This document shows, piece by piece, positions 46,963-57,637 of a DNA stretch of 64,000 nt. Numbering within the stretch: position 1 is the first letter of the stretch; the number at the start of each line of letters is the position of its first letter. Source of the DNA: an uncultured Armatimonadetes bacterium (GTDB lineage: Bacteria > Armatimonadota > UBA5829 > DTJY01); NCBI GenBank assembly GCA_963717145.1, contig OY970325.1, forward strand, positions 1,472,001-1,536,000, given 5' to 3'. The translations under genes were made by a program, and so were the position numbers. The notes beneath the pieces are model-generated. The model saw only the letters and a list, made by a program, of their open reading frames with translations. It ran no database searches and was not told where the DNA came from.

Positions 46963-48969
46963 ATGAACCGTACCTGCTGGCTGGCAGCATTCCTATTCGC
47001 ATTGGTCGCTACATCGGCAATCAGCGCCGAGAAAGCCTTGACTGACAACGCCGATCCCCGGCTCGACAAGAGGATCACCATCTCCGTGGCCCACACCAAG
47101 CTCGAGGACGTGGTCAAGCAGCTCTTCGAGCAATCGGGAGTCGAGATCAAGGCCGGGACTGGAGCGCGCGACTGGAAGGTCCGCGAGCGGAAAGTCACCA
47201 TCGAGGCGAAAGACGTCCGGCTCGGGACCGTGTTGGACCAGCTTTCGAAGCTGCTCGGGTTCTATGTGTCCAAGAGTGGCAAGAAGGACGAGTGGGCATA
47301 CACCTTCTGGCAAGACATGAAGGCCCGGCTCCTCGAGTCCGAGATGCTGAACGCCGAGCGGGAGGCGCTCGCGCAGCGGTCCGTGGCCATGCGTCAGAGC
47401 GCACTCGACACCGCGGCGGATGCGCTGAAGCTCTCTCCTGAGGAAGCCATGAAGAAGAAGGACACCGATCCATGGTTGGCATACCTCGGCGGAACCAAGG
47501 ACGGGCGGGGATATGCCTCACTGCTGGATTACCTCGGCGGGAACTTCCCCATCGAGCGCGACCTGATGCTCAGAGGGAAGAAGACGACTTTCCCGCTGGA
47601 GAACCTCCCGCCGTATCTGCAGCAGGCCCTCGATGATACCAGGATGGGCGGCTTCATGGCCATGGCAACGGACAACATCCCACCCGAGGCTCAGGAGATG
47701 TTCAAGGGTCTCACTGCCTATGAACTCACCGTGATGCCTATGACAGGGATGGGCGGAGGAGAGCAGGAGATGTCCGCGGCCGGTTTCGGCGGCATGGTGA
47801 TGATGATGGCCAAGATGCCCAAAGAATTCGGCGGCGGGGGAATGGACTCGGAGTTCGGAGGCGGGTTCCCTATGGGGATGTTCCCGCTGAGCGGTTCGGA
47901 CACTTTGATGGGCAAGATATGCGGCAAGATGCTTCTCAGCGTCGAGGACGGACCGAAGGACGGAGACATAGGAAGCCGGATGTCGAAGACGGCCGAGGAG
48001 ATGGGAGACCCGGCGGCTCTCATTGCAGACACAATGGCCCGCGAATCCCCGACCGAGAAGGAGCCGCCAACCGATCCCGAACTGCTCAAGGAGGTGGAAC
48101 TGGGCGAGCTTCCGACGTTCAGTATGACGCAGGCGGATTCCGATTCCCCGAAGTCGATCGGCAAGGAAGTCGTCGCGATATCGAAGGCCATCGGAAAGCC
48201 CGTGCTGCTCGAATCCTTCATCGGATCGATGCCGATCAGCCTGTACGTGAAGGCCGGGAAGCAGCCGCTCTACAAGATCCTCATCGGGGCAGAGAAAGCC
48301 GGCTACACCTGGACGTTCGGTGACGGCACGCTCAGACTCCGCCCGGATGACTGGGCGCTCCGGCGCTCATACGAAATTCCCGAGAGTCTGATGGCCAGGT
48401 ACCGCGACATCCTCACGAGGAACGGCGAGTTCACACTGGACGATCTTGCCACTATCGTGATCGAGTTGACCGACGACCAGATCGACAATACGTTGGCGAA
48501 GGAGCCCGAGTTCCTGTTCCCGCTTGCGAGTCTGCGGAACTTCGGGTCCGGCGGCACCAGGGAGCTTCTGAGGCTCTATGGCAGCATGACCGGACCGCAG
48601 AAGGGGACGCTGACCGCGGATGCCGGCCTGGGCTTCTCCCAGTTGAGCGGAGCGCAGTGGGACCGGCTGAACCAGATCATCAGCGAAGAACTCGGCGGCG
48701 TGTACATCCTGGATGGCGTCATCAAGCTCACGATGCCGGGAGCAGGCGAGCAGGCGGCGATGGCCGGGATGTCCAGGTACAAGTTCGAGTTTGCGGTGCA
48801 GGTCGGCGGCGAAGAGAAGCCCCGGACGTTCTCGAAGACGGCCATGACTTACGGCAAGGCTCAGTTGCAGGAGATGCAGAAGAATCTCGACGCCGCCAAG
48901 AAGAAAGCCGAGGCGGACAAGGCCGAGAAAGACAAGCAGAGCCAGGAAGCACCGAAGACGGACCAGTAG
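46963..48969 (+). CDS. Secreted protein with STN-like N-domain, paralog 2
   Basis: Colinear homology with neighbours; GAGGAGG RBS. Confidence 0.8.
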   Translation: MNRTCWLAAFLFALVATSAISAEKALTDNADPRLDKRITISVAHTKLEDVVKQLFEQSGVEIKAGTGARDWKVRERKVTIEAKDVRLGTVLDQLSKLLGFYVSKSGKKDEWAYTFWQDMKARLLESEMLNAEREALAQRSVAMRQSALDTAADALKLSPEEAMKKKDTDPWLAYLGGTKDGRGYASLLDYLGGNFPIERDLMLRGKKTTFPLENLPPYLQQALDDTRMGGFMAMATDNIPPEAQEMFKGLTAYELTVMPMTGMGGGEQEMSAAGFGGMVMMMAKMPKEFGGGGMDSEFGGGFPMGMFPLSGSDTLMGKICGKMLLSVEDGPKDGDIGSRMSKTAEEMGDPAALIADTMARESPTEKEPPTDPELLKEVELGELPTFSMTQADSDSPKSIGKEVVAISKAIGKPVLLESFIGSMPISLYVKAGKQPLYKILIGAEKAGYTWTFGDGTLRLRPDDWALRRSYEIPESLMARYRDILTRNGEFTLDDLATIVIELTDDQIDNTLAKEPEFLFPLASLRNFGSGGTRELLRLYGSMTGPQKGTLTADAGLGFSQLSGAQWDRLNQIISEELGGVYILDGVIKLTMPGAGEQAAMAGMSRYKFEFAVQVGGEEKPRTFSKTAMTYGKAQLQEMQKNLDAAKKKAEADKAEKDKQSQEAPKTDQ

Positions 48970-48991
48970 CGCTGCACTAGGAGGAACGGTT

Positions 48992-50977
48992 ATGCGATGG
49001 ATAGGGATTCTGCTGCTTGTCGCCGTGGTGGCGACGAGCGTCTTCGCAGCGGACGTTGCGACGACGGACAAGCCTGATATCAGACTCGACAAGAAGGTCA
49101 CCATCTCGGTCGTGCACGCCAAGCTCGAGGATGTGGTCAAGCAACTCTCCGAGCAATCGGGAGTCGAGATCAAGGCCGGGACCGGGGCGCGCGACTGGAA
49201 GGTCCGCGAGCGTAAGGTCACGATCGAGGCGAAGGACGTCCGGCTCGGAACCGTCCTCGAGGAGATCTCGAAGCTGCTCGGATTCTACCTCTCGAAGAGC
49301 GGCAAGAAGGATGAGTGGGCGTACACCTTCTGGCAGGACATGAAGGCCCGACTCCTCGAGTCCGAGATGCTGAATGCCGCGCGCGAGGCGGTCGCACAGC
49401 GTTCCGTGGCCATGCGTCAAAGCGCGCTCGACAGCGCATCCGAAGCACTGAAGCTCTCGCCGGAAGAAGCGATGAAGAAGAAGGCTGAGGATCCCTGGAC
49501 GGCCTACCTCGGCGGAACGAAGTCAGGGCGAGGGTATGCGCAGATTCTCGGCTACCTGGCCGGCAACTTTCCAATCGAGCGCGACCTGATGCTTCGCGGC
49601 AAGAAGACGACCATCTCGCTGGAGAGCATCCCGCCGTATCTGCAGCAGGCGATCGAGGATACCAAGTTCGGCGGCTACATGGCCCTCGGGGCTGAGCACA
49701 TGAGCCAGGAAGAGTCCGACATGTATGGAGGTCTCACTGCCAGTCAGCTCACCGTGATGCCGATGAGCGGATTCGCAAGTGATCAGGACATGGCCTCGGC
49801 GGGCTGGAGCGGAATGGTAATGATCAATGCCAGGCTCCCGGGAGACCTCGCAGGCGACGAGGTGCCCCCCGAGGTGGATTCGATGTTCGGCGGAGGAATG
49901 CCTCTGGCCATGTTCCCCCTCGCTCGCTCGGACTCGCTCACGGGGAAGCTGTTCGGCAAGATGCTCCTCGCGATCGACGAGGGGATGAAAGAGGGTGAGA
50001 TGGAGAAGCTCATGGAGGATGAGATGGGCAACCCCGACCTCTTTGCGGAGACGCTCGCGTTGGAATCTCCGACGGAGAAGGAACCTCCGACCGATCCCGA
50101 AATGACGAGGGAGGTGGACCTCGGTGAACTCCCCAAGGTCAACACATTCGAACCCGACACGGATCTTCCGGAAACGATCGGCAAGGAAGTGATCGCAGTC
50201 TCGAAGGCGATCGGGAAGCCCGTGTTACTCGAGTCGTTCCTCGGATCGATGCCGATGGGCATATTTCTGAACTCCGGTAAGCAGCCGCTGTACAAGATCC
50301 TGATCGGCATGGAGAAAGCCGGGTACAACTGGACCTTCGGCGACGGTACTCTGCGACTTCGGCCGGACGACTGGGCGCTTCAACGCTCGTATGAGATCCC
50401 CGAGAGCACGCTGGCGAAGTACAGCGAAATCCTCAAGAACCGCGAGTTCTCTCTCGACGACCTTGCCGGCCTGGCCACCGAGCTTACCGATGGTCAGATC
50501 ACCAATACGCTGATGGAGATGCCCGAGTTCACGTTCCTGGTGATGAGCATGCAGTCCGATTTCGGGGGTGGAAGCAGAGAACTGCTTCGGCTGTACGGCA
50601 GCATGTCCAGTCAGCAGAAGAGCGCCGTGCAAGCCGATCCCGGTCTGGGATTCAGCCAGTTGAGCGGCCCACAGTGGGATCGGCTGAACGTGATCATCAG
50701 CGACGAGTTCGGGGGCGTGTACGTTCTGGACGGCGCTATCGTGCTGACCACGCCGGAGGCCGACGCAGAGGGATACCCGTACACCTTCGATTTCACGGTC
50801 CAGGTCGGCGGAGAAGAGACTCCGAGGACCTTCTCGAGATCTATCACCGTATACGGCAAGGCGATGCGGGAGGAGATGCAGAAGTCCGTCGACGAGGCAA
50901 AGAAACAGGCAGAGACAGACACGCCTGGACAGGACAAGCCTATTCAGGAACAACCGCCTACAGAGGTTGGCAAATAG
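48992..50977 (+). CDS. Secreted protein with STN-like N-domain, paralog 3
   Basis: Colinear homology with neighbours; AGGAGG RBS. Confidence 0.8.
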   Translation: MRWIGILLLVAVVATSVFAADVATTDKPDIRLDKKVTISVVHAKLEDVVKQLSEQSGVEIKAGTGARDWKVRERKVTIEAKDVRLGTVLEEISKLLGFYLSKSGKKDEWAYTFWQDMKARLLESEMLNAAREAVAQRSVAMRQSALDSASEALKLSPEEAMKKKAEDPWTAYLGGTKSGRGYAQILGYLAGNFPIERDLMLRGKKTTISLESIPPYLQQAIEDTKFGGYMALGAEHMSQEESDMYGGLTASQLTVMPMSGFASDQDMASAGWSGMVMINARLPGDLAGDEVPPEVDSMFGGGMPLAMFPLARSDSLTGKLFGKMLLAIDEGMKEGEMEKLMEDEMGNPDLFAETLALESPTEKEPPTDPEMTREVDLGELPKVNTFEPDTDLPETIGKEVIAVSKAIGKPVLLESFLGSMPMGIFLNSGKQPLYKILIGMEKAGYNWTFGDGTLRLRPDDWALQRSYEIPESTLAKYSEILKNREFSLDDLAGLATELTDGQITNTLMEMPEFTFLVMSMQSDFGGGSRELLRLYGSMSSQQKSAVQADPGLGFSQLSGPQWDRLNVIISDEFGGVYVLDGAIVLTTPEADAEGYPYTFDFTVQVGGEETPRTFSRSITVYGKAMREEMQKSVDEAKKQAETDTPGQDKPIQEQPPTEVGK

Positions 50978-51042
50978 TCGATCGGTCGCATGTCAACATA
51001 ACTTGCATGAATTGGCCAGGTGTTTTGGCAATACAGCGCGAA

Positions 51043-51058
51043 TGGCACGATTCTTGCA
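51043..51058 (+). promoter_or_regulatory. Sigma54 (-24/-12) promoter
   Basis: TGGCACGATTCTTGCA, matches the consensus. Confidence 0.8.
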
Positions 51059-51068
51059 GGTAAGAACA

Positions 51069-51180
51069 CCAGGTGATTACAAGAGTTTTCTTCTTCTTTA
51101 CCTTTCGTGGCAAAATCGCCGGTTGGCTACCGGCACAGAAGACAGGCCCGACCGCAGACGGCGGTCGGGCTTATTTTTTT
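51069..51180 (+). ncRNA. Candidate sigma54-dependent small RNA
   Basis: Between the sigma54 promoter and a strong terminator; CU-rich single-stranded tract plus internal hairpin; no RBS-led ORF. Confidence 0.5.
51144..51180 (+). terminator. Intrinsic terminator
   Basis: AGGCCCGACCGC-AGACG-GCGGTCGGGCTT then ATTTTTTT. Confidence 0.85.
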
Positions 51181-51266
51181 GCCTGATTGATGCGGAATAT
51201 CCAGTCCCGAGCGTCTAATATGTGAACGAATAATCAGGCGATGGTGGCAAAACAGGTTCTCAGGCC

Positions 51267-51295
51267 TTGACAATTGCCCTGAAAAGTCGTAAAAT
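51267..51295 (+). promoter_or_regulatory. Sigma70-type promoter
   Basis: TTGACA-N17-TAAAAT. Confidence 0.8.
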
Positions 51296-51402
51296 GTGTC
51301 AAGAATTTGAAGACCCGGTGCTCCGGCATGCCTCTGTCAGAGTTCCGTACCCCCCATACGCGCTTCACTCGTAAACTGCATACTCGGAAGGGAGCAACAA
51401 CA

Positions 51403-54348
51403 GTGACGAAGCGAAATCACCCCCGGCTCACTCACGTCTTCTTGATCGCCGGCCTGCTAGTGATGGCGGCCTGCAGCGCAACCTGGGCGCTCGGGCCGAT
51501 GGATTCACCATGGCCGATGTTCCGCCATGATTCGCGCCACAGCGCGACCAGCCCTTACGGAGACCCCACCCCGACAGGCCCCGCATGGTCATACTCCGCA
51601 GGTGGCGGACTCTCGTCCCCGGTCATAGCATCGGACGGCACGATCTACATCGGTGGAAACGGCTATCTGGTGGCCATGAACGGCGACGGGACATTCAAGT
51701 GGAAACTCAGCATCGGCGGCGGCGGTACGCGCAGCACCCCTGCGATCGCCGATGACGGTACTGTCTATATCGGAACGACAGCCGGCAGAGTCTATGCAGT
51801 GAATCCAAACGGCACTCAGAAGTGGTACTACAGCACTGGAGGGAGCGAGATCTCCTGCTCACCGACCATTGGGCCGGACGGGGTGATCTACATCGGAAGC
51901 AGGAACGCCAGCTTCTTCGCCATAAACCCTGATGGAACACTGAAATGGTCCAGGCCCACAGGCGGCGGCCACATGGGGGCGGCCTGCATCGGCCCCGATG
52001 GCACGATATATGTGGGCGGCGGGTTCAATCTATACGCCGTCAACCCGGTCGACGGCAGCACCAAATGGATGTATGTGACCGGATATACCATCCAGAGCGC
52101 CCCGGCGATGAGCCCCGACGGAAGCAGAGTCTACGTCGGATCTTGCGACGCATACCTTCATGCGGTGAACGCCGAGACTGGTGCGATGATATGGCAGACC
52201 ACGGTGCCTCTGGTCCCTGCCAGCACTTCATCCTCGCCGGCGGTCTCCCCGAGCGGTATGATATACATCGGATCGAATGGCGCATCGGCATCGATGGGCG
52301 GCGGGGCTCTCTTCGCCATCAACTCCAGCGGTGAGATAGTCTGGCAGTACCAGACCGCCTATGATGTACGTTCTTCGCCTTCAGTCAGCGCCGACGGCAC
52401 TGTGTACATCGGCGTGATGGACGGATTCGTCTTCGCTTTTAACCCCGACGGCACGAAGAAATGGCAGTATCTGACCACAGCAAGCGGCAGCGGCATCTAT
52501 GGATCGCCAGCCATTGCTGCGGACGGAAGCATAATCGTGCAGAATATCGGCGGCACAGTCTTCGGCAATCTAACCTGCACGCCGCCTGCAGCCAATGCGC
52601 CGAGTGACCTGGTCGTCACGGCGACCTCGGATTCGGCTACGAGCCTGACATGGGTAGATAACTCGGACAACGAGTTCGGCTTCCGCATTCAGCGCAGGAT
52701 GGGCACCAAGGGCGACTTCGTAACCGTAAAGAGCGTCGGCGCCGGCATCACAACCACCACGAACACCGGACTCGCATCAGGACAGACGTACTACTACCGG
52801 GTGTGCGCATACCAACAGGCTGGCGACTCGCAATTCTCCCCGGCCACGGGGATACTCATGCCCGGACTGCCCGCGCCCACCGACCTCATCGCCGAGCCGA
52901 TCACCGGCACACAGGTCGATCTGTCATGGACGGATCTCGCAACCGAGGAACTCGGATTCAAGATCGAGCGCTTCCAGGGAGTCGCCGGTCCGTTCGTACA
53001 GGTGGCGAGAGTCGGCGCCGATGTTTCCTCGTACAGCGATATGAGCGTCAACCCCGGGATCAACTACTACTACCGCGTGAGGGCATACGACGCCACACGG
53101 GATTCCAGCTACTCCAACGAAGACTGGGCGGTCACTCCCGGATTCGACTACGGCAACATCATCCGAGGAAACACTGAGAGACCGCAGATAGCGCTTACTT
53201 ACGATGCGGGCACGGCGGGCATTCGAGGAGCATTGCTCGACACGCTGAAGCAGAAACAGGTGTACTGCAACTTCTACATCACCGGATACGTTGCGCAGAC
53301 TCAGCCGGCCCTGTTGAAGCGGATAACGGATGAAGGTCACCTGATGGGCAACCACAGCATCGACCACCCGGCGTTCACGCAGATCACCGACCAGGAGATG
53401 GATCGTCAGTTGAACACGACTGACAACATCATCTACGGGCTTACCGGACACAAGACGAGACAGTGGTGGCGTGGTCCCTACGGCTCAGTTAACGATCACG
53501 TAATCGACGTGACCAGCACTCTCGGCTTCCGCCATGCAGCCTGGTCTATCGACAGCGGAGACGTGGGAGGCCGCAGTTCCTCTGCGATCACGGATACGTT
53601 CGTCGATGGTGCAGCTAACGGGAACGTGTGTCTCTCACACTGCACCCTGGCCAATTCCGAGGGCGCGGCGGCCGGTACTATCGATGGCCTGCGCGCACTC
53701 GGGTATGAACTCGTAACGGTCGCGGAACTGGTCGCACCACTCCAGGTAACCGCTCCTGCCAGCGATGTAGCCCCCGGTTGGAACTTTCTTTCTTTCCCGA
53801 TCGACCCGGCAAACACGACGCCGATGTGCACCTTCCGTGGAGTCGATATCGACGCCAAGCTGTTCAGGTGCAACAAGGAGACCGGCGTCCAGTCTGCCTT
53901 CAGCCAGACTACTCCTGAACCCTTCGGACAGCTCAGCTCCGACGAAGGATACTGGCTCTATCTGACCCCCGGGCAGAACGTCAAGTTCAACGGTTACGAG
54001 GCAACCAATGATCGGCACATCAAACTGCCGCAGGCTTGCACAACTCCTGACGGGGCTATGACAATGATCGGCTATCCATTCCAGGACCCGCAGCCGGTCG
54101 CGAACCTCATGGTCTACAACCCGAATGCTCCCGAACCGAAGCTTCGTTCCTTGGAGCAGGCTCGGAACGCTGGATGGGTATCGAGCATGCTCTATGGCTA
54201 TGACGCCGTGTATCAGAGCATGTTCATGACAGGGCTTGAAGACGACTACGTGGAGTTCACGCTGCTCCAACCGTGGCACGGCTACTGGTTCACCAGCTAC
54301 GTGAACGAACTCGAGCTGATCATACCCACCCCGGTTCAACCCACGTAG
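51403..54348 (+). CDS. Secreted PQQ-like beta-propeller + 2xFN3 + NodB polysaccharide deacetylase + C-terminal domain protein
   Basis: WPMFRHD, repeated SSPAI.DGTIYIG..NPDGT.KW; FN3 (W.DNSDNE, YYYRV); ALTYDAG, NHSIDHP, RGPYG. Confidence 0.85.
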   Translation: MTKRNHPRLTHVFLIAGLLVMAACSATWALGPMDSPWPMFRHDSRHSATSPYGDPTPTGPAWSYSAGGGLSSPVIASDGTIYIGGNGYLVAMNGDGTFKWKLSIGGGGTRSTPAIADDGTVYIGTTAGRVYAVNPNGTQKWYYSTGGSEISCSPTIGPDGVIYIGSRNASFFAINPDGTLKWSRPTGGGHMGAACIGPDGTIYVGGGFNLYAVNPVDGSTKWMYVTGYTIQSAPAMSPDGSRVYVGSCDAYLHAVNAETGAMIWQTTVPLVPASTSSSPAVSPSGMIYIGSNGASASMGGGALFAINSSGEIVWQYQTAYDVRSSPSVSADGTVYIGVMDGFVFAFNPDGTKKWQYLTTASGSGIYGSPAIAADGSIIVQNIGGTVFGNLTCTPPAANAPSDLVVTATSDSATSLTWVDNSDNEFGFRIQRRMGTKGDFVTVKSVGAGITTTTNTGLASGQTYYYRVCAYQQAGDSQFSPATGILMPGLPAPTDLIAEPITGTQVDLSWTDLATEELGFKIERFQGVAGPFVQVARVGADVSSYSDMSVNPGINYYYRVRAYDATRDSSYSNEDWAVTPGFDYGNIIRGNTERPQIALTYDAGTAGIRGALLDTLKQKQVYCNFYITGYVAQTQPALLKRITDEGHLMGNHSIDHPAFTQITDQEMDRQLNTTDNIIYGLTGHKTRQWWRGPYGSVNDHVIDVTSTLGFRHAAWSIDSGDVGGRSSSAITDTFVDGAANGNVCLSHCTLANSEGAAAGTIDGLRALGYELVTVAELVAPLQVTAPASDVAPGWNFLSFPIDPANTTPMCTFRGVDIDAKLFRCNKETGVQSAFSQTTPEPFGQLSSDEGYWLYLTPGQNVKFNGYEATNDRHIKLPQACTTPDGAMTMIGYPFQDPQPVANLMVYNPNAPEPKLRSLEQARNAGWVSSMLYGYDAVYQSMFMTGLEDDYVEFTLLQPWHGYWFTSYVNELELIIPTPVQPT

Positions 54349-54409
54349 TATGTGGGAGACTCCGATATGCTCAGTGGGATGAGGGAAATACTTTGGAACG
54401 GAACAACCT

Positions 54410-57351
54410 ATGACTAAGCGACGTTGCTTTCGGCCCATTCAGGTACTGTCAATCGTCGGCCTGTTGGTGCTTGCGGGGTGTAACGCAGCATGGGCGCTTG
54501 GGCCCATGAACTCGCCCTGGCCGATGTTTCGCCATGACGCGCGACACAGCGCGACGAGTCAGTACCACGACCCCGTGCCAACCGGTACGCCGTGGTCGTA
54601 TACCGCAGGCGGCGGACTCTCATCCCCGGTCATAGCGACCGACGGCACGATCTACGTTGGCGGGAATGGCAATCTGAGGGCTCTGAACGCCAACGGGACC
54701 TCCAAGTGGAGCTTCTCGATAGGCGGCGGGGGAACTCGGTCCACGCCTGCGATCGCGGATGACGGCACCGTATACATCGGAACGACGGCGGGCCGGGTCT
54801 ACGCGGTGAATGCCAACGGCACTCAGAAGTGGTACTACAGCACGGGCACTGAGAATCTCGGGGTCGCCCGCAATCGCTGCTGACGGCACGATCTATATCG
54901 GCAGCAGGAACGGCAACCTCTATGCCCTGAACCCCAACGGATCGCTCAAGTGGTCCAGGGCGGTAGGCGCGGTACACATGGGATCGCCCTGCATCGGCGC
55001 GGACGGGGTAGTGTACATAGGCGGCGGTTTCAACCTGAACGCGGTCAATTCGGATGGTACGGAAAAGTGGCACTACACCACCGGCTACACCATCCAGAGT
55101 TCCCCTGCGCTCAGCCCTGACGGCAGCAGGGTCTACGTAGGATCTTGCGACGCCTACCTGTATGCGATAAACACTTCCGACGGGTCGATGGTATGGGCGA
55201 CCACGGTTCCTCTGGTCCCGGCCAGCACATCGTCATCTTGCGCGGTGTCACCGAGCGGCATGATCTATATCGGATCGAATGGCGCATCGGCGTCGATGGG
55301 CGGCGGGGCTCTCTTCGCCATAGAGCCGACTGCCGGTGAGATCGTCTGGCAGTACCAGACTGCTTATGACATCCGGTCCTCGCCTGCCATCAGCGCTGAT
55401 GGCACGGTGTACATCGGGGTGATGGATGGCTTCGTCTTCGCATTCAACCCTGACGGAACGAAGAAGTGGCAGTTCCTGACATCCGCCAGCGCCAGCGGCA
55501 TCTATGGATCGCCCGCCATTGCCGCTAACGGCAGTGTGATCGTCCAGAGCATCGGCGGCACGGTTTACGGCAATATCACGTCTACCCCTGCTGCCGCGAA
55601 CGCACCCAGCGGTTTGGTAGTCACTCCCACCGGGGACACGACAACCCACCTGACCTGGGTGGACAACTCGGACGACGAGTACGGCTTCCACATCGAGCGA
55701 AGAATGGGCACTGTTCGGCGATTTCGCCTACGTCAACAAAGTGACCGCCGGGGTAACGGTGTTCGACGATTCAGGCCTGTCATCCGGTCAGACCTATTAC
55801 TACCGGGTATGCGCTTACCAGCAGGCCGGCGATTCTCAGTTCACCCCTGCAACGGGAGTCCTGATGCCCGGACTTCCGGCCCCGACTGGCCTTTCCGCGG
55901 ATCCGGTGACCGGCACGCAGATCGATCTCTCGTGGACCGATGTCGCCGCCGAGGAGATGGGCTACAAGATCGAGCGGTTCCAGGGGCCGGAGGGACCGTT
56001 CCTGCAGGTGGCAAGAGTCGGAGCGGACCTCCAATCGTACAGCGACGTGAGCGTCAACCCCGGGATCAACTACTACTACCGCGTGAGGGCATACGACGCC
56101 ACGCGCGATTCGAGCTACTCCAACGAAGACTGGGCGGTCACGCCCGGGTACGACTACGGCAACATCATCCGAGGAAACACTGAGCGGCCGCAGATAGCGC
56201 TCACGTTCGATGCCGGCACAGCGGGCATTCGCGGAACGCTGCTCGACACTCTTCTGCAGAAAGAGTGCTACTCCAACTTCTACATAACCGGGTACGTTGC
56301 CAAGACCCAGCCGGCGCTCATGCAGCGGATAGCCGCTGAGGGCCACCTGGTCGGCAACCACAGCATCGACCACCCGGCATTCACGCAGATCACCGACGAA
56401 GAGATGGATCGTCAGTTGAACACGACTGACAGCATCATCTACGGACTCACCGGACACAGAACGCGTCAGTGGTGGCGTGCTCCCTACGGCAACATCGACA
56501 GTCATGTTCTGGATGTTACCAGCAACCTCGGCTTCCGCCATGCCGCCTGGACTATCGACAGCGGAGATGTCGGCGGCGCGAGTTCGCAGTCGATCATCAA
56601 CACCATGCTGAATGGGGCGCAGAATGGGAATGTCTGTCTGTTCCACTGCACCCTGGCCAACACCGAGGGCGCCGTCGCAGGCGTGATAGACGGGCTGCGC
56701 GGCCTGGGGTATGAGTTGGTGACCGTGCCGGAGCTTGTGGCGCCCCTCCAGGTGACCGCACCTGCGAGCGCGATCTCGCCCGGCTGGAACTTGATGTCGC
56801 TCCCAATCGAACCGGCTAATACTTCCCCGATGTGCGTTTTCCGTGGAGCCAACCTCGATGGCAAGCTGTACGCATGGACGAAAGACACTCAGAGTCTTCA
56901 GCTCTTCGACAGCTTCTCGCCGGATTCGTTCGGACAGCTCAGCTCCGATTCGGGGTACTGGCTGGTTCTCGATCCGGGCGAAACCGTGAAGTTCAACGGT
57001 TACCCGGTCACCAACGATCGGCACATCAAACTGCCGCAGACAGCGGGCAACCCTCATGGCGCAATGATGATAATCGGGTACCCCTTCCAGACGGCGCAGC
57101 CTCTCGCGAACTGCCAGGTCTATAACCCGAATGCGCCCGATCCCAAGCTGCGGACGATCCAGGAAGCTCGTGACGCAGGATGGGTCTCCAGCAGCCTCTA
57201 TGGCTGGGACTCCGCGACCCAAAGCCTCTTCATGGTCGGTTTGGAAGACGACTGGCTGCAGTTCACTGAACTTGAGCCGTGGCACGGCTACTGGTTCACC
57301 ACTTATGTGAACGAGCTAGAGTTGATCATTCCCGTGCCAATAGACATCTAG
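54410..57351 (+). CDS. Paralog of 51403-54348 with two +1 frameshifts (near 54854 and 55714), probably sequencing errors
   Basis: ORFs 54410-54883, 54810-56183 and 55741-57351 together are colinear with the upstream paralog. Confidence 0.8.
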
Positions 57352-57479
57352 CTTCAGCCGCCACTCCGTTGAAAATGGGCCGGTCGAGTTCACTCGTCCG
57401 GCCCTTCTTTGCGCCAACTGCAGCTCCCCTTGTGAATCCTGGTACAAATAGCAGTTTTTTTTCGCCGCCCTGGCACTTT

Positions 57480-57495
57480 TGGCATGGTTCTTGCA
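57480..57495 (+). promoter_or_regulatory. Sigma54 promoter of PEP-CTERM gene with upstream TGT-N10-ACA site (57431-57446)
   Basis: TGGCATGGTTCTTGCA; TGTGAATCCTGGTACA 33 nt upstream. Confidence 0.7.
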
Positions 57496-57637
57496 AGTTA
57501 GCTCCAGTGAGAATGGCTTCCCCCCGGCCCGAGGGAAGCCACCGAATCGTTTCACGTCCGGATGCTACGACAGCCGACCGGCGGTTTCACCATGCCGGTC
57601 TCAGCCGAGATAGGATGCGGTCGAAAGGAGCTGTGCA

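Noticed and set aside
54845-55720. Second deacetylase paralog as a pseudogene or phase-variable gene
   Set aside because: Two isolated doubled bases (GAGAATC, GTTCGGC), no homopolymer tract, no other decay.
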